Shown here one piece after another: positions 1-7,742 of a DNA stretch of 20,000 nt (within the stretch, counting starts at the first letter, position 1; the number at the start of each line of letters is the position of its first letter). A program made the position numbers and the translations under genes. Source of the stretch: an uncultured virus (IMG/VR IMGVR_UViG_3300020577_011874). Its lineage: Duplodnaviria > Heunggongvirae > Uroviricota > Caudoviricetes. The notes beneath the pieces were generated by a model. It saw nothing but the letters and a program-made list of their open reading frames with translations. It was not told the origin of the DNA and ran no database searches. The stretch is from IMG/VR virus record IMGVR_UViG_3300020577_011874; one strand, written 5' to 3'.

Positions 1-273
1 GATAAGCGAAACTTTATTGGACGAAATTGAGTCAGAGAGTCTTCCCAAAGAAGGTCTAGAAACTTTGAGTGTTGACACACTAGACAAATCATTTGATTTC
101 AACAGCACCGGAGAAGAGAGCATTGCCTGTGAAGCCGGTAAAGGAGTCTTCACATTAACTGCAGAAGTCTGTTGTTGAATCAAAAATTGATTGCTGCTTG
201 CTGTGGCAGGTTGGACAGAAACGTTCGCAAGCTTTGCAAAGCTGTCATTGTTTGTTCGTAGTGTATTAATCAT
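1..273 (-). CDS. Hypothetical protein, 5' part only (runs off left edge); S/T/N-rich N-terminus, probably virion-associated
   Basis: ATG at 273-271 overlaps the TGA of the upstream 824-aa gene (ATGA); frame is open for 91 codons to position 1 (MINTLRTNNDSFAKLANVSVQPATASS...). Absent from the ORF track because it is truncated. Confidence 0.75.
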   Translation of the reverse strand, partial: MINTLRTNNDSFAKLANVSVQPATASSNQFLIQQQTSAVNVKTPLPASQAMLSSPVLLKSNDLSSVSTLKVSRPSLGRLSDSISSNKVSLI

Positions 274-2744
274 TTTGACTCTACGATAAGTGTATTCGTC
301 ATCGCCGCGGGACCCTCTTTGTAATCATTCATGATCGGAATGATGACATATTTCAATGCCCCGGCATCACGATTTTGGACTTTGTGTAAATATTGACAAC
401 TTCCATACTCAAACTCTCCATGAGTTTTGCCAAGAAGCGTTCGCATGCCATGAATTTCTTTGAAAATCAAAAAATGATCAATCCGGTGAACGTTACCAAG
501 AATTTTCCAAGACACAAGGTTCAAATATCGATCAAAAATAGCAGCTTCTGGATCGATGATCTTTGCGGCATCTTCATCAAATGAAACCTCGATATTGACC
601 GGTGAACCTATGATGCCATATGCCATCGGATCTTTGCCATAACGTTTCTTTGCACCTGCAGAAGAAACCAGCACGCCTCTGTCCAATGTCAAGGGATGCA
701 AAAATTTTGCAGGTGACCATCGATACGGTTTTTTGGTGACAGAGTCAATGGATTCTTTGACAAATGAATCAAACATCGTTTCCGGAGCACGCAACAATGG
801 GTAAATTTCATAACGATATCGATGACCGTATTGCAATTGGCCAATAGATTGATTTTTTCTAAGTACAGAATCATTAAAATCAGCTTGTGTCAATACACCG
901 AATGAATCGACATGACCCGTATTTAGATCAATACGTTTGACACTATGCGCAATGAGATTTTGAAGTTGATCGCGTTGCGTCAATATGTCATCTGTAAAGT
1001 ACGACAATAAACCTTGTCGCTCAAGCATGCGTTTGACCGCGTCGATGTCTGTATCAATAGTTCGAGTGTTGATATTGAATGATACGTTAGGAACATTCGA
1101 ATCATGGTCAACTGTTAGATCTGTGACTCGAACATCGACAGTTCCAGGGGAAGGTTTGATAAACTCAACAATTGTCTTGCCGTATACTTCAACATTTCCA
1201 TCGACGTAAATAAGTCGAACACTGTATCCGTATGTCACACCGGGCGTCACGCCACTGTCAATTGTAGAGACTAAGTCTAGACGTCTAACGTCATCACTAA
1301 TGAATCCAATTTCTTCATTGATGACCGTGTACTCTTTTTCAAAAGAAGTCAAGTTGAGTCGTAAAAATTGAACAGCGACGACCTTGGGAGGAATGCGACG
1401 AATTTCAAGTTTGACACCGTTATCAACTTGATCAGCTACTAATGATACCGCTCTAGGAGGAGTGTATCTGGCTGGCTTTAAAGCCACATTAGAATATTCG
1501 AATCCCATCATTGATTGGAGACCCCTAGAGATGACTCGATAAATAATGGGTGATGATCTAGGTTGATCAACTTGGACCAATAGACTTTGATCCGTAGACT
1601 TTAAGTCATAAGTTCCAATCAAAGTGTAATCTTCAATTTCAGGCGAAGCAATCCAGATGGATTTTTTGTAGACCAGGACTTCTGTCGCGCCAGGGTCAAC
1701 TTGCTTGATTTCCAAATTCACTCGAGTTGAAATATCAGAACCAGTTGCTTTGACACGAGGGGGAACTTTAGGGGTATAGTAAATTCTGACATGTTGTGAT
1801 ATGTCAAGAACTTTAGTAACCGTATCGATCGGCAAAGAACTCTCTGAGTCGATGAGATCAAATTTGACAAAAACCTGAGTAACATCGCCGCCGCTTTGCG
1901 TCAATTTTCGTCGTGGAATAGTGATTTTTACCGGAACAGCTACATAATCACTCGACAAATTTTGCAATACCGTGACGAGCTCGCCGTCAACTACTTGATT
2001 GGTCAGTGTAGGAGGTAAGCTGTAAATCGGAGGAAACAAATAGTGATTGAGTAATCTAGACGCTGGGTCTGTATTCAATTCCACACCTCCCATGATGGTT
2101 GTCAAGCCACCTTTTGTCTCTTGTTCTGATGACGTTCGAGATGACAAATTGATCACGTGTGAAGGATCTAATCCTTGTCTATTGATCATGTCTAACATCA
2201 ACTGTTGAGGGTCTTCATTGAAAGAAGCAGTCAATGCATGATTGACATCTGGAACTGCCATGGAATTAGCGATTCGATGTAAAATTGGTTGGACGTCATT
2301 GGCGTCTTTCGTGCTGCCAGCAGTCGCCAACATCAATCCAGGACGATTCAATGATCCAATTTGACTGATCGGCATGCGCGAACTCAGTTGAGCCACGATG
2401 TCATTACTAACATAAGCAGTGATATCACTCTCTCGCTGTGCCAACACATACTGACTTTGCGTAATGGTAGCCATCTTAGCGTCTTGAACCGCTGATCGAA
2501 TGTTATTGACCAGAGACGCAGAATTTGACTTAACCTGAGTGTTTGTCAATAAGGATTTTTTGACAATTTGTCGTGATTCAACACTGACCAAGACTCGCGT
2601 TGCCTTACGTGAGATGGCTTCTTTTTGTGAAACAACATAGATGAACTCAAATTCAAGATCATCATTCTCTAGAACTGTTTTGAGATGAGCAAAATTCTCA
2701 TCAACCTGCAACAATTGACCCGCTTTTTGAAACCTAAAATACAT
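270..2744 (-). CDS. Large putative virion structural protein (824 aa) with beta-sandwich (Fn3/Ig-like) modules in the C-terminal half
   Basis: Long ORF; repeated Fn3-like strand patterns such as IDSGVTPGVTYGYSVRLIY, LQYGHRYRYEIYP and LKYVIIPIMND; lies in a co-oriented run with other structural-looking genes. Function is inferred. Confidence 0.6.
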   Translation of the reverse strand: MYFRFQKAGQLLQVDENFAHLKTVLENDDLEFEFIYVVSQKEAISRKATRVLVSVESRQIVKKSLLTNTQVKSNSASLVNNIRSAVQDAKMATITQSQYVLAQRESDITAYVSNDIVAQLSSRMPISQIGSLNRPGLMLATAGSTKDANDVQPILHRIANSMAVPDVNHALTASFNEDPQQLMLDMINRQGLDPSHVINLSSRTSSEQETKGGLTTIMGGVELNTDPASRLLNHYLFPPIYSLPPTLTNQVVDGELVTVLQNLSSDYVAVPVKITIPRRKLTQSGGDVTQVFVKFDLIDSESSLPIDTVTKVLDISQHVRIYYTPKVPPRVKATGSDISTRVNLEIKQVDPGATEVLVYKKSIWIASPEIEDYTLIGTYDLKSTDQSLLVQVDQPRSSPIIYRVISRGLQSMMGFEYSNVALKPARYTPPRAVSLVADQVDNGVKLEIRRIPPKVVAVQFLRLNLTSFEKEYTVINEEIGFISDDVRRLDLVSTIDSGVTPGVTYGYSVRLIYVDGNVEVYGKTIVEFIKPSPGTVDVRVTDLTVDHDSNVPNVSFNINTRTIDTDIDAVKRMLERQGLLSYFTDDILTQRDQLQNLIAHSVKRIDLNTGHVDSFGVLTQADFNDSVLRKNQSIGQLQYGHRYRYEIYPLLRAPETMFDSFVKESIDSVTKKPYRWSPAKFLHPLTLDRGVLVSSAGAKKRYGKDPMAYGIIGSPVNIEVSFDEDAAKIIDPEAAIFDRYLNLVSWKILGNVHRIDHFLIFKEIHGMRTLLGKTHGEFEYGSCQYLHKVQNRDAGALKYVIIPIMNDYKEGPAAMTNTLIVESK

Positions 2745-2752
2745 GTTTCAGT

Positions 2753-3760
2753 TCACTCAAAGACAAGGGTAAAAAGGTGTAAAAACGTATCAGTGCCTTT
2801 GTCATCTACGACAACTTTTCCTACAAAGAAAATTTGAGAAACTGGGGCGTTGGGATTACCAGTGGTGAAAGTTCCAAATTCGACTACATCGAGTTTTTTC
2901 AGAACGTTTCTTGTTTTTTCAAAGAATTGTCCAATCAAACGATTGTCGCGCGATGTTGGATCAATGTTAATGGTTCTCATATACCCAAGTTGAGTGTAGT
3001 AATTCAACTCAGACATTACTTGTGCATATGACAAACCACCTACATGGGTCCTTCCCCATGGGGTATAACATCCAAAATTTCTATCTTTGAATGCACGAGG
3101 ATCACTCTTGTCAAGAGATTGATCGCTCAATTTATTGATAGGCGGCAAGTACTTGAAATTTGGAAGACTACTAAAACGAGGATCACTAAAGATGCTATCA
3201 GTTGACCCTACGTGAGCAGTATGTTGATTTGGATCACTAATCGGTCGATCATTTGTGATCACAAATTCAACTTGATCTGGGCCCAAACCAAATTCTTCAT
3301 CCTCAAAAATTTTGTCTTTTGTGGCGATCAGGTACAATTTTTTGAAATTTTCTAATGAAGAAGCTAACAAAGTGTTAGCAACTGAAGCAAAATTGCTGCC
3401 AGTCAAAGATGAAACACTTTGTGAAGAACCTTCAATAACAGAACCCGTCGTTGCCGAAAAAGAGTATTCTAGAATGCGACCGCCGGCGACTTGAACGCCG
3501 TCACTATTCCTAAAAGGCAACAAATTTCCGTCATCATCTGCTCGAAAAACAATATCATCTTGCGGCAGTTGACACGATTCAAGATACAGTCGTTTTGTCG
3601 CGTCTTGACTGCCGCTGATAAGATCTGGTCTGTAAAAACCGGCAGCGTCAGTAAAACTGACATATTGAACATCAATGCCACCAAGGGCTAGTTGGCGACG
3701 GCCTTCTGTGGTGATCACTGTGTCAAGAACACGTGATTTGCTATCAAGGATACCAGACAT
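2753..3760 (-). CDS. Putative phage structural (tail/baseplate-associated) protein, 335 aa
   Basis: N-terminus DTVITTEGRRQLALGGIDVQYVSFTD resembles the 'lT..Gr..la.g......f.D' N-terminal pattern of phage tail-collar/baseplate proteins; 8 bp from the next gene. Confidence 0.55.
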   Translation of the reverse strand: MSGILDSKSRVLDTVITTEGRRQLALGGIDVQYVSFTDAAGFYRPDLISGSQDATKRLYLESCQLPQDDIVFRADDDGNLLPFRNSDGVQVAGGRILEYSFSATTGSVIEGSSQSVSSLTGSNFASVANTLLASSLENFKKLYLIATKDKIFEDEEFGLGPDQVEFVITNDRPISDPNQHTAHVGSTDSIFSDPRFSSLPNFKYLPPINKLSDQSLDKSDPRAFKDRNFGCYTPWGRTHVGGLSYAQVMSELNYYTQLGYMRTINIDPTSRDNRLIGQFFEKTRNVLKKLDVVEFGTFTTGNPNAPVSQIFFVGKVVVDDKGTDTFLHLFTLVFE

Positions 3761-3816
3761 TCTACTGTGACAAATATAACACAGCTAGAATCTCATGGCT
3801 GACTCATGTCAATGAA

Positions 3817-4839
3817 TCAAACAGAATCTGCACGTCTTGCTTTGAAATATGAACCAGATGCAACTGAGAGTGCATTTGAAGCAAGAGTGGCCGGTGCAGT
3901 ACCAATGTTAATAGTTCCCGCACTTGAACCCACTTTCACAGTTCCGACAATTCGAACAGGAGAATGAGCTCCTGCGGTCAAACCAAAACCTTGTGTTGAA
4001 AGTGTATTGCCAGCAAATAAGATGCCTTGAACAAGAGAACTGGTGTTGGCACCAATAGACGTAATTACGGCATCGACATTGCTGCCGGTCGGTGCCATGA
4101 CAGCAAACCTTGCGCCAGCGGCATTAGTCGGACGAAAAGTTCCAATAAATTCGAATTCCCAAATTTCAGATGCATTGACAGAAAATCCAATTCCAGTAAT
4201 GACCTGGGCGCCTGTCAAACCATTGGCAGTAGAAGAACCTGACAATGAAAAGAACGTCGAGTTCAATCGCTGTGACACGACCGCGGTGTCTGTCGTTAAA
4301 GAATTTCTGCCATCAAATACTTGAACTCCCGTTGCTGCACCGGCAATGAAGAGACCATACCCGTTAATGTACGTTTGAAAACTGTAATTGCCAAACGTTG
4401 TTACAGCACTAGAACCGTTGACAGTAATGACGGGATAATCACTACCGCCACTGTCAACAGCCATTATCACCTTATCGCCAAGTAACGGATTGATGAAAAT
4501 TCTTGATGAACCTGAAAGATACAGATTCTGACTAGCTACGCTCCAAAATGAACTGCTGACAGTTGTCAATGCAGTTATGGTACCGCTAGTTGCAGATACT
4601 GTTCCGGAAACAGTTAAAACGCCGGTTACCTTATTGAAGGTAAGTCCGGAGTTTCCACCGATAGAACCGGAATCATTAAAAAGAACATGTGTATTCGAGC
4701 CAGGCGAAACAGCAGACGCAAAAAGATTAGCTACGGTAATTCTCTTGGTCGTCGGGCCGGTCAGATCTACGATTGGAATGATGTCAGTCGATGCTGCAGC
4801 TGACGTGGATGGTAAACTAGTGATCTTAATGTTCGTCAT
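3817..4839 (-). CDS. Putative tail fibre/virion fibre protein, 340 aa
   Basis: N-terminal motif IKITSLPSTSAAASTDIIPIVDLTGPTTKRITVANL is typical of phage fibre anchors; segment GSNTHVLFNDSGSIGGNSGLTFNKVTGVLTV; G/S/T/A-rich beta composition; beta-sandwich-like C-terminus. Confidence 0.65.
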   Translation of the reverse strand: MTNIKITSLPSTSAAASTDIIPIVDLTGPTTKRITVANLFASAVSPGSNTHVLFNDSGSIGGNSGLTFNKVTGVLTVSGTVSATSGTITALTTVSSSFWSVASQNLYLSGSSRIFINPLLGDKVIMAVDSGGSDYPVITVNGSSAVTTFGNYSFQTYINGYGLFIAGAATGVQVFDGRNSLTTDTAVVSQRLNSTFFSLSGSSTANGLTGAQVITGIGFSVNASEIWEFEFIGTFRPTNAAGARFAVMAPTGSNVDAVITSIGANTSSLVQGILFAGNTLSTQGFGLTAGAHSPVRIVGTVKVGSSAGTINIGTAPATLASNALSVASGSYFKARRADSV

Positions 4840-4845
4840 GTCTAA

Positions 4846-5118
4846 TCATCCCAATTGTTCTGTGATCAATTGATCACTACCTTCTGTCACCAAAAAACTA
4901 CCATCCTCTGACAACATCGGTTGTTCTGCCGGCGGTGTCAGAGGAATTATGCGCATCATGACAGGTTGAGATCTTACGGACGAATACGATTTTCGAAATC
5001 TCGTCAAATCACGTTCTGTGTCTAATGATCTAGTAGTCGTTGGTACAAGAACAGGTGACTGTCTCGAATATGAATACGTTTTTTTGAATCTGGTTAGATC
5101 TTGAATGCGCCGACTCAT
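4846..5118 (-). CDS. Small hypothetical protein (90 aa) with an internal tandem repeat and a C-terminal 'L.EDG..L.TE' virion-protein motif
   Basis: DLTRFKKTYSYSRQSPV and DLTRFRKSYSSVRSQPV repeats; C-terminus MLSEDGSFLVTEGSDQLITEQ; fills the gap between the PhoH and fibre genes. Confidence 0.7.
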   Translation of the reverse strand: MSRRIQDLTRFKKTYSYSRQSPVLVPTTTRSLDTERDLTRFRKSYSSVRSQPVMMRIIPLTPPAEQPMLSEDGSFLVTEGSDQLITEQLG

Positions 5119-5174
5119 CTTATGTTGGACTTAAATAGTCCTTCCCAAACAAGTCGGCCCCACGATCATCAGTA

Positions 5175-6563
5175 TTAGAGAATCTTAGAGGCGAGAGTAG
5201 CAAGCTCTGATCTTTCGCCTTTCAACAACGTAACGTGACCGGCGATCGGATAGTCTTTAAATTTCTCCACCGCATACGAAAGACCGTTAGTAAAAACGTC
5301 AACATGAACATTGTCAATTTGTTCAATGTCGCCTGTCAAGACAATCTTTGTGTTATCACCAACACGAGTAATGATTGTCTTCAATTCATGCATTGACAAA
5401 TTTTGCGCTTCATCAATGACAATGAAAGCATTTGGGATCGATCGACCACGAATGAAAGTGATGGCCTCGATCTCAATCAAGCCTTTTTCTTGCATTATTT
5501 GCAAGTAGACATCGTCTGACTTAATTCCGACAGGAGGTCCACCACCTGGACGTGTTTTCTTTGGACGATTTCTGCGACTGTCCATTAGAAAGTTCAAATT
5601 ATCTCTAACGGGAGCGATCCATGGTTCCATTTTTTCTTGCATGGTTCCTGGGAGGAATCCGATATCCTTGCCCACGGGCTGAACAGGACGGGTGACGATA
5701 AGTTTATCGTATTTTGCCATGTTCGAATCACCTAAACCCTTGAGTTGTTCAAGAGCTGCGGCAAGAGCAAGCAATGTCTTGCCCGTTCCACTGGGTCCGA
5801 CCAATGTCAGTAATTTGATGTTTTCGTCAAACAACAAATCTAAAGAAAATGACTGCTCTTTATTTCGAGGTTTCAAACCATATGCATGCTCAATCTTAGC
5901 GATGGGTACCAATGGTTGTTTAGGATCAGTACATTTAGCAATTGCAGATTTGACAGTCTGACCGTCTACTACATTTTTGAGAACCACGATCTGATTGGGG
6001 TAAAGTTGCTGGCCTTTGAGGACCTGATCAGGCAACTCGACCTTTCCGTTGAGGTAGAAATAATCTACTAGTTCTTCGCCAACCTCAATTACCTCAACAC
6101 CACGAAAAAACTTCTGTGGGTCATCTGCTACACGCAACTTGAGATAATCTTCGCACTTGATGCCCAAGCTATCGCACTTGATTCGAACGTTAATGTCTTT
6201 TGAAACTAACGTGGCATCTTTGTAATTCAGAGCAAATGCAATAATCAAATTATCCGGTTTGTCTGATTGAAGATCTGTAGGGATCTTCTTAGACCATGAC
6301 GGATCATTGGCTACCACCGACAATGTACCGCCTTCCTTAAGTTGGATTCCTTGAATCAGGCTGCCACGAACTCTCAAGTTATCGAGAGTTCGAGTAATCT
6401 GTCGAGCGTTTTTTCCAACCTCGTCCGGACGACTCTTGTGACGATCAAGCTCTTCAAGAACAACCATCGGAATGATTACATTGTGTTCTTCAAAAGAAAA
6501 GATCGAATTCGGATCGCTCAGCAGAACGTTAGTGTCTAGGACAAATGTTCTCTTGTCGGTCAT
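5175..6563 (-). CDS. phoH: PIN-domain PhoH-family ATPase (PhoH2/YlaK-like), about 462 aa
   Basis: PIN motifs FVLDTNVLL, VLEELD, DNLII, LVSKDINVRIK; PhoH motifs GPSGTGKT, IGFLPG, RGRS, IDEAQN, GDIEQID. Start placed at ATG 6563 (MTDKRTFVLD, AAGG upstream); 6581 and 6596 are alternatives; the track start at 6692 overlaps the divergent gene. Confidence 0.93.
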   Translation of the reverse strand: MTDKRTFVLDTNVLLSDPNSIFSFEEHNVIIPMVVLEELDRHKSRPDEVGKNARQITRTLDNLRVRGSLIQGIQLKEGGTLSVVANDPSWSKKIPTDLQSDKPDNLIIAFALNYKDATLVSKDINVRIKCDSLGIKCEDYLKLRVADDPQKFFRGVEVIEVGEELVDYFYLNGKVELPDQVLKGQQLYPNQIVVLKNVVDGQTVKSAIAKCTDPKQPLVPIAKIEHAYGLKPRNKEQSFSLDLLFDENIKLLTLVGPSGTGKTLLALAAALEQLKGLGDSNMAKYDKLIVTRPVQPVGKDIGFLPGTMQEKMEPWIAPVRDNLNFLMDSRRNRPKKTRPGGGPPVGIKSDDVYLQIMQEKGLIEIEAITFIRGRSIPNAFIVIDEAQNLSMHELKTIITRVGDNTKIVLTGDIEQIDNVHVDVFTNGLSYAVEKFKDYPIAGHVTLLKGERSELATLASKIL

Positions 6564-6678
6564 GACCTTTTCTTTCTTCATCTGGATGCGCTTCATATGT
6601 TTATTGTGTTTTCCTATCGGTTTCTTGTACACCGATCTACTCTGGTTGACAGTATAACCATCTAGTGACGGATGACTA

Positions 6679-6963
6679 ATGCAAGACAACAAGAGAAGAC
6701 TTAAAGTAATGCAGACTAAAGAGGCGACAAAAGTCCTCGATGGAACAACGTGTTTTGCAGTTCATGCCAAAGCAGGCGTTGATTGTCAACGTAAACGGTG
6801 TCAACATTGGATCGATCATTCAGAAGGACACAATTGTGTCATGATCGCGGTGCAAGACGGCCCTCATACCTTGCAACAAATTGGTCAAATCTATGGATTG
6901 ACACGAATGAGAATTTGTCAGGTTGAAAAGAGTATCTTTGAAAAGATTCGAAAAGTCAGCTAG
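6679..6963 (+). CDS. Small sigma70 region-4 helix-turn-helix protein with an N-terminal Cys/His cluster (94 aa)
   Basis: HTLQQIGQIYGLTRMRICQVEKSIFEKIR matches sigma region 4.2 (TLEEVG..F.VTRERIRQIE.KAL.KLR); preceded by C-x10-C-x4-C-x11-C; no room for sigma regions 2 or 3. Confidence 0.82.
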   Translation: MQDNKRRLKVMQTKEATKVLDGTTCFAVHAKAGVDCQRKRCQHWIDHSEGHNCVMIAVQDGPHTLQQIGQIYGLTRMRICQVEKSIFEKIRKVS

Positions 6964-7333
6964 AAGGTTTGTCTTCTGATTTCTTTGAATCTTTTTCTTT
7001 GACAGTTTTTTCCACAGATTTCTCTGCTTTTTTAGCATCTGTCTTTTTAGTTTCAGGTTTTACAGCCACGATTGGTTGAGTTGTTTCTTCAACATTGGAT
7101 GCTGTGACCTGTTCAATTTCGAGCTCTTGTTGAGAAACAACTTCTTCCGGCGCTGGTGTTGGCTCTACGACTGGCACATTGTTTTGTTCAGGTTCAGTTT
7201 GCGCCGGTTCAACTACTGAGTCTGTAGATGTTTCCAGACGTTTGTATCGTGCGTTAATAACATGAGCCTCTGACGGATCAAGACCTAGTTCCATAATGTC
7301 AGTAAGAATCGCTCGTTGAGTACGTGTTGCCAT
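6956..7333 (-). CDS. Hypothetical protein (125 aa): short ordered N-terminus, E/P/T-rich middle, K/E-rich tail
   Basis: SD AGGAGA at 7350-7345 and TATTTA motif upstream; low-complexity body; converges with the sigma4 gene with an 8-nt overlap. Confidence 0.75.
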   Translation of the reverse strand: MATRTQRAILTDIMELGLDPSEAHVINARYKRLETSTDSVVEPAQTEPEQNNVPVVEPTPAPEEVVSQQELEIEQVTASNVEETTQPIVAVKPETKKTDAKKAEKSVEKTVKEKDSKKSEDKPSS

Positions 7334-7371
7334 GTCTTGTGTTGTCTCCTGAGGTTAAATAGGTTGCTAGA

Positions 7372-7412
7372 AACGACGAAGCCCCAGCATACATGCTGAG
7401 GCCTTCATCATT
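7372..7412 (-). terminator. Stem-loop, probable intrinsic terminator after the Hc1-like gene
   Basis: Minus-strand RNA AAUGAUGAAG-GCCUCAGCAU-GU-AUGCUGGGG-CUUCGUCGUU forms a long stem whose mismatches are G:U pairs only on this strand. It begins 17 nt after the stop at 7429; the U tract is short (GUUUCU). Confidence 0.7.
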
Positions 7413-7428
7413 GGTTTATTTGGTCTTT

Positions 7429-7662
7429 TCAGGCCTTAGGCTTCTTTGCCCGAGGTGGCTTTGTCGCGCGCTTTGACTTGTCAAGATCTACCGTCGTCTT
7501 TACGAGTTCAGCAGCCTTGGTTTTCAAATCACGCAAACCTTTTCGAGCTCGAACACCTGCTGCTGCAACTCCTTTTGCGTTCTTGACAACGTCAAGTTCA
7601 AGAGTATCAACAAGCGCCTTCAATTCCGTCCATTTTGCAATGACTGGGTTATCAGATTCCAT
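7429..7662 (-). CDS. Histone H1-like (Hc1-family) small DNA-binding protein, 77 aa
   Basis: WTELKALVDTLELDVVKNAKGVAAAGVRARKGLRDLK resembles the Hc1-family core (..G.kAAG.RARK..); basic tail KSKRATKPPRAKKPKA; strong SD AGGAGG at 7678-7673. Confidence 0.8.
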   Translation of the reverse strand: MESDNPVIAKWTELKALVDTLELDVVKNAKGVAAAGVRARKGLRDLKTKAAELVKTTVDLDKSKRATKPPRAKKPKA

Positions 7663-7742
7663 CTATTCATTACCTCCTACGATAAGTATATCGCTCAGAG
7701 AGTGTCGTAAAACAAATGGTGCCTCTAGCGCGCTCTACGAGG

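Noticed and set aside
6564..6692. N-terminal extension of PhoH given by the ORF track
   Set aside because: It overlaps the divergent sigma4 gene and intergenic DNA; PIN domains normally start a few residues before the LDTN motif.
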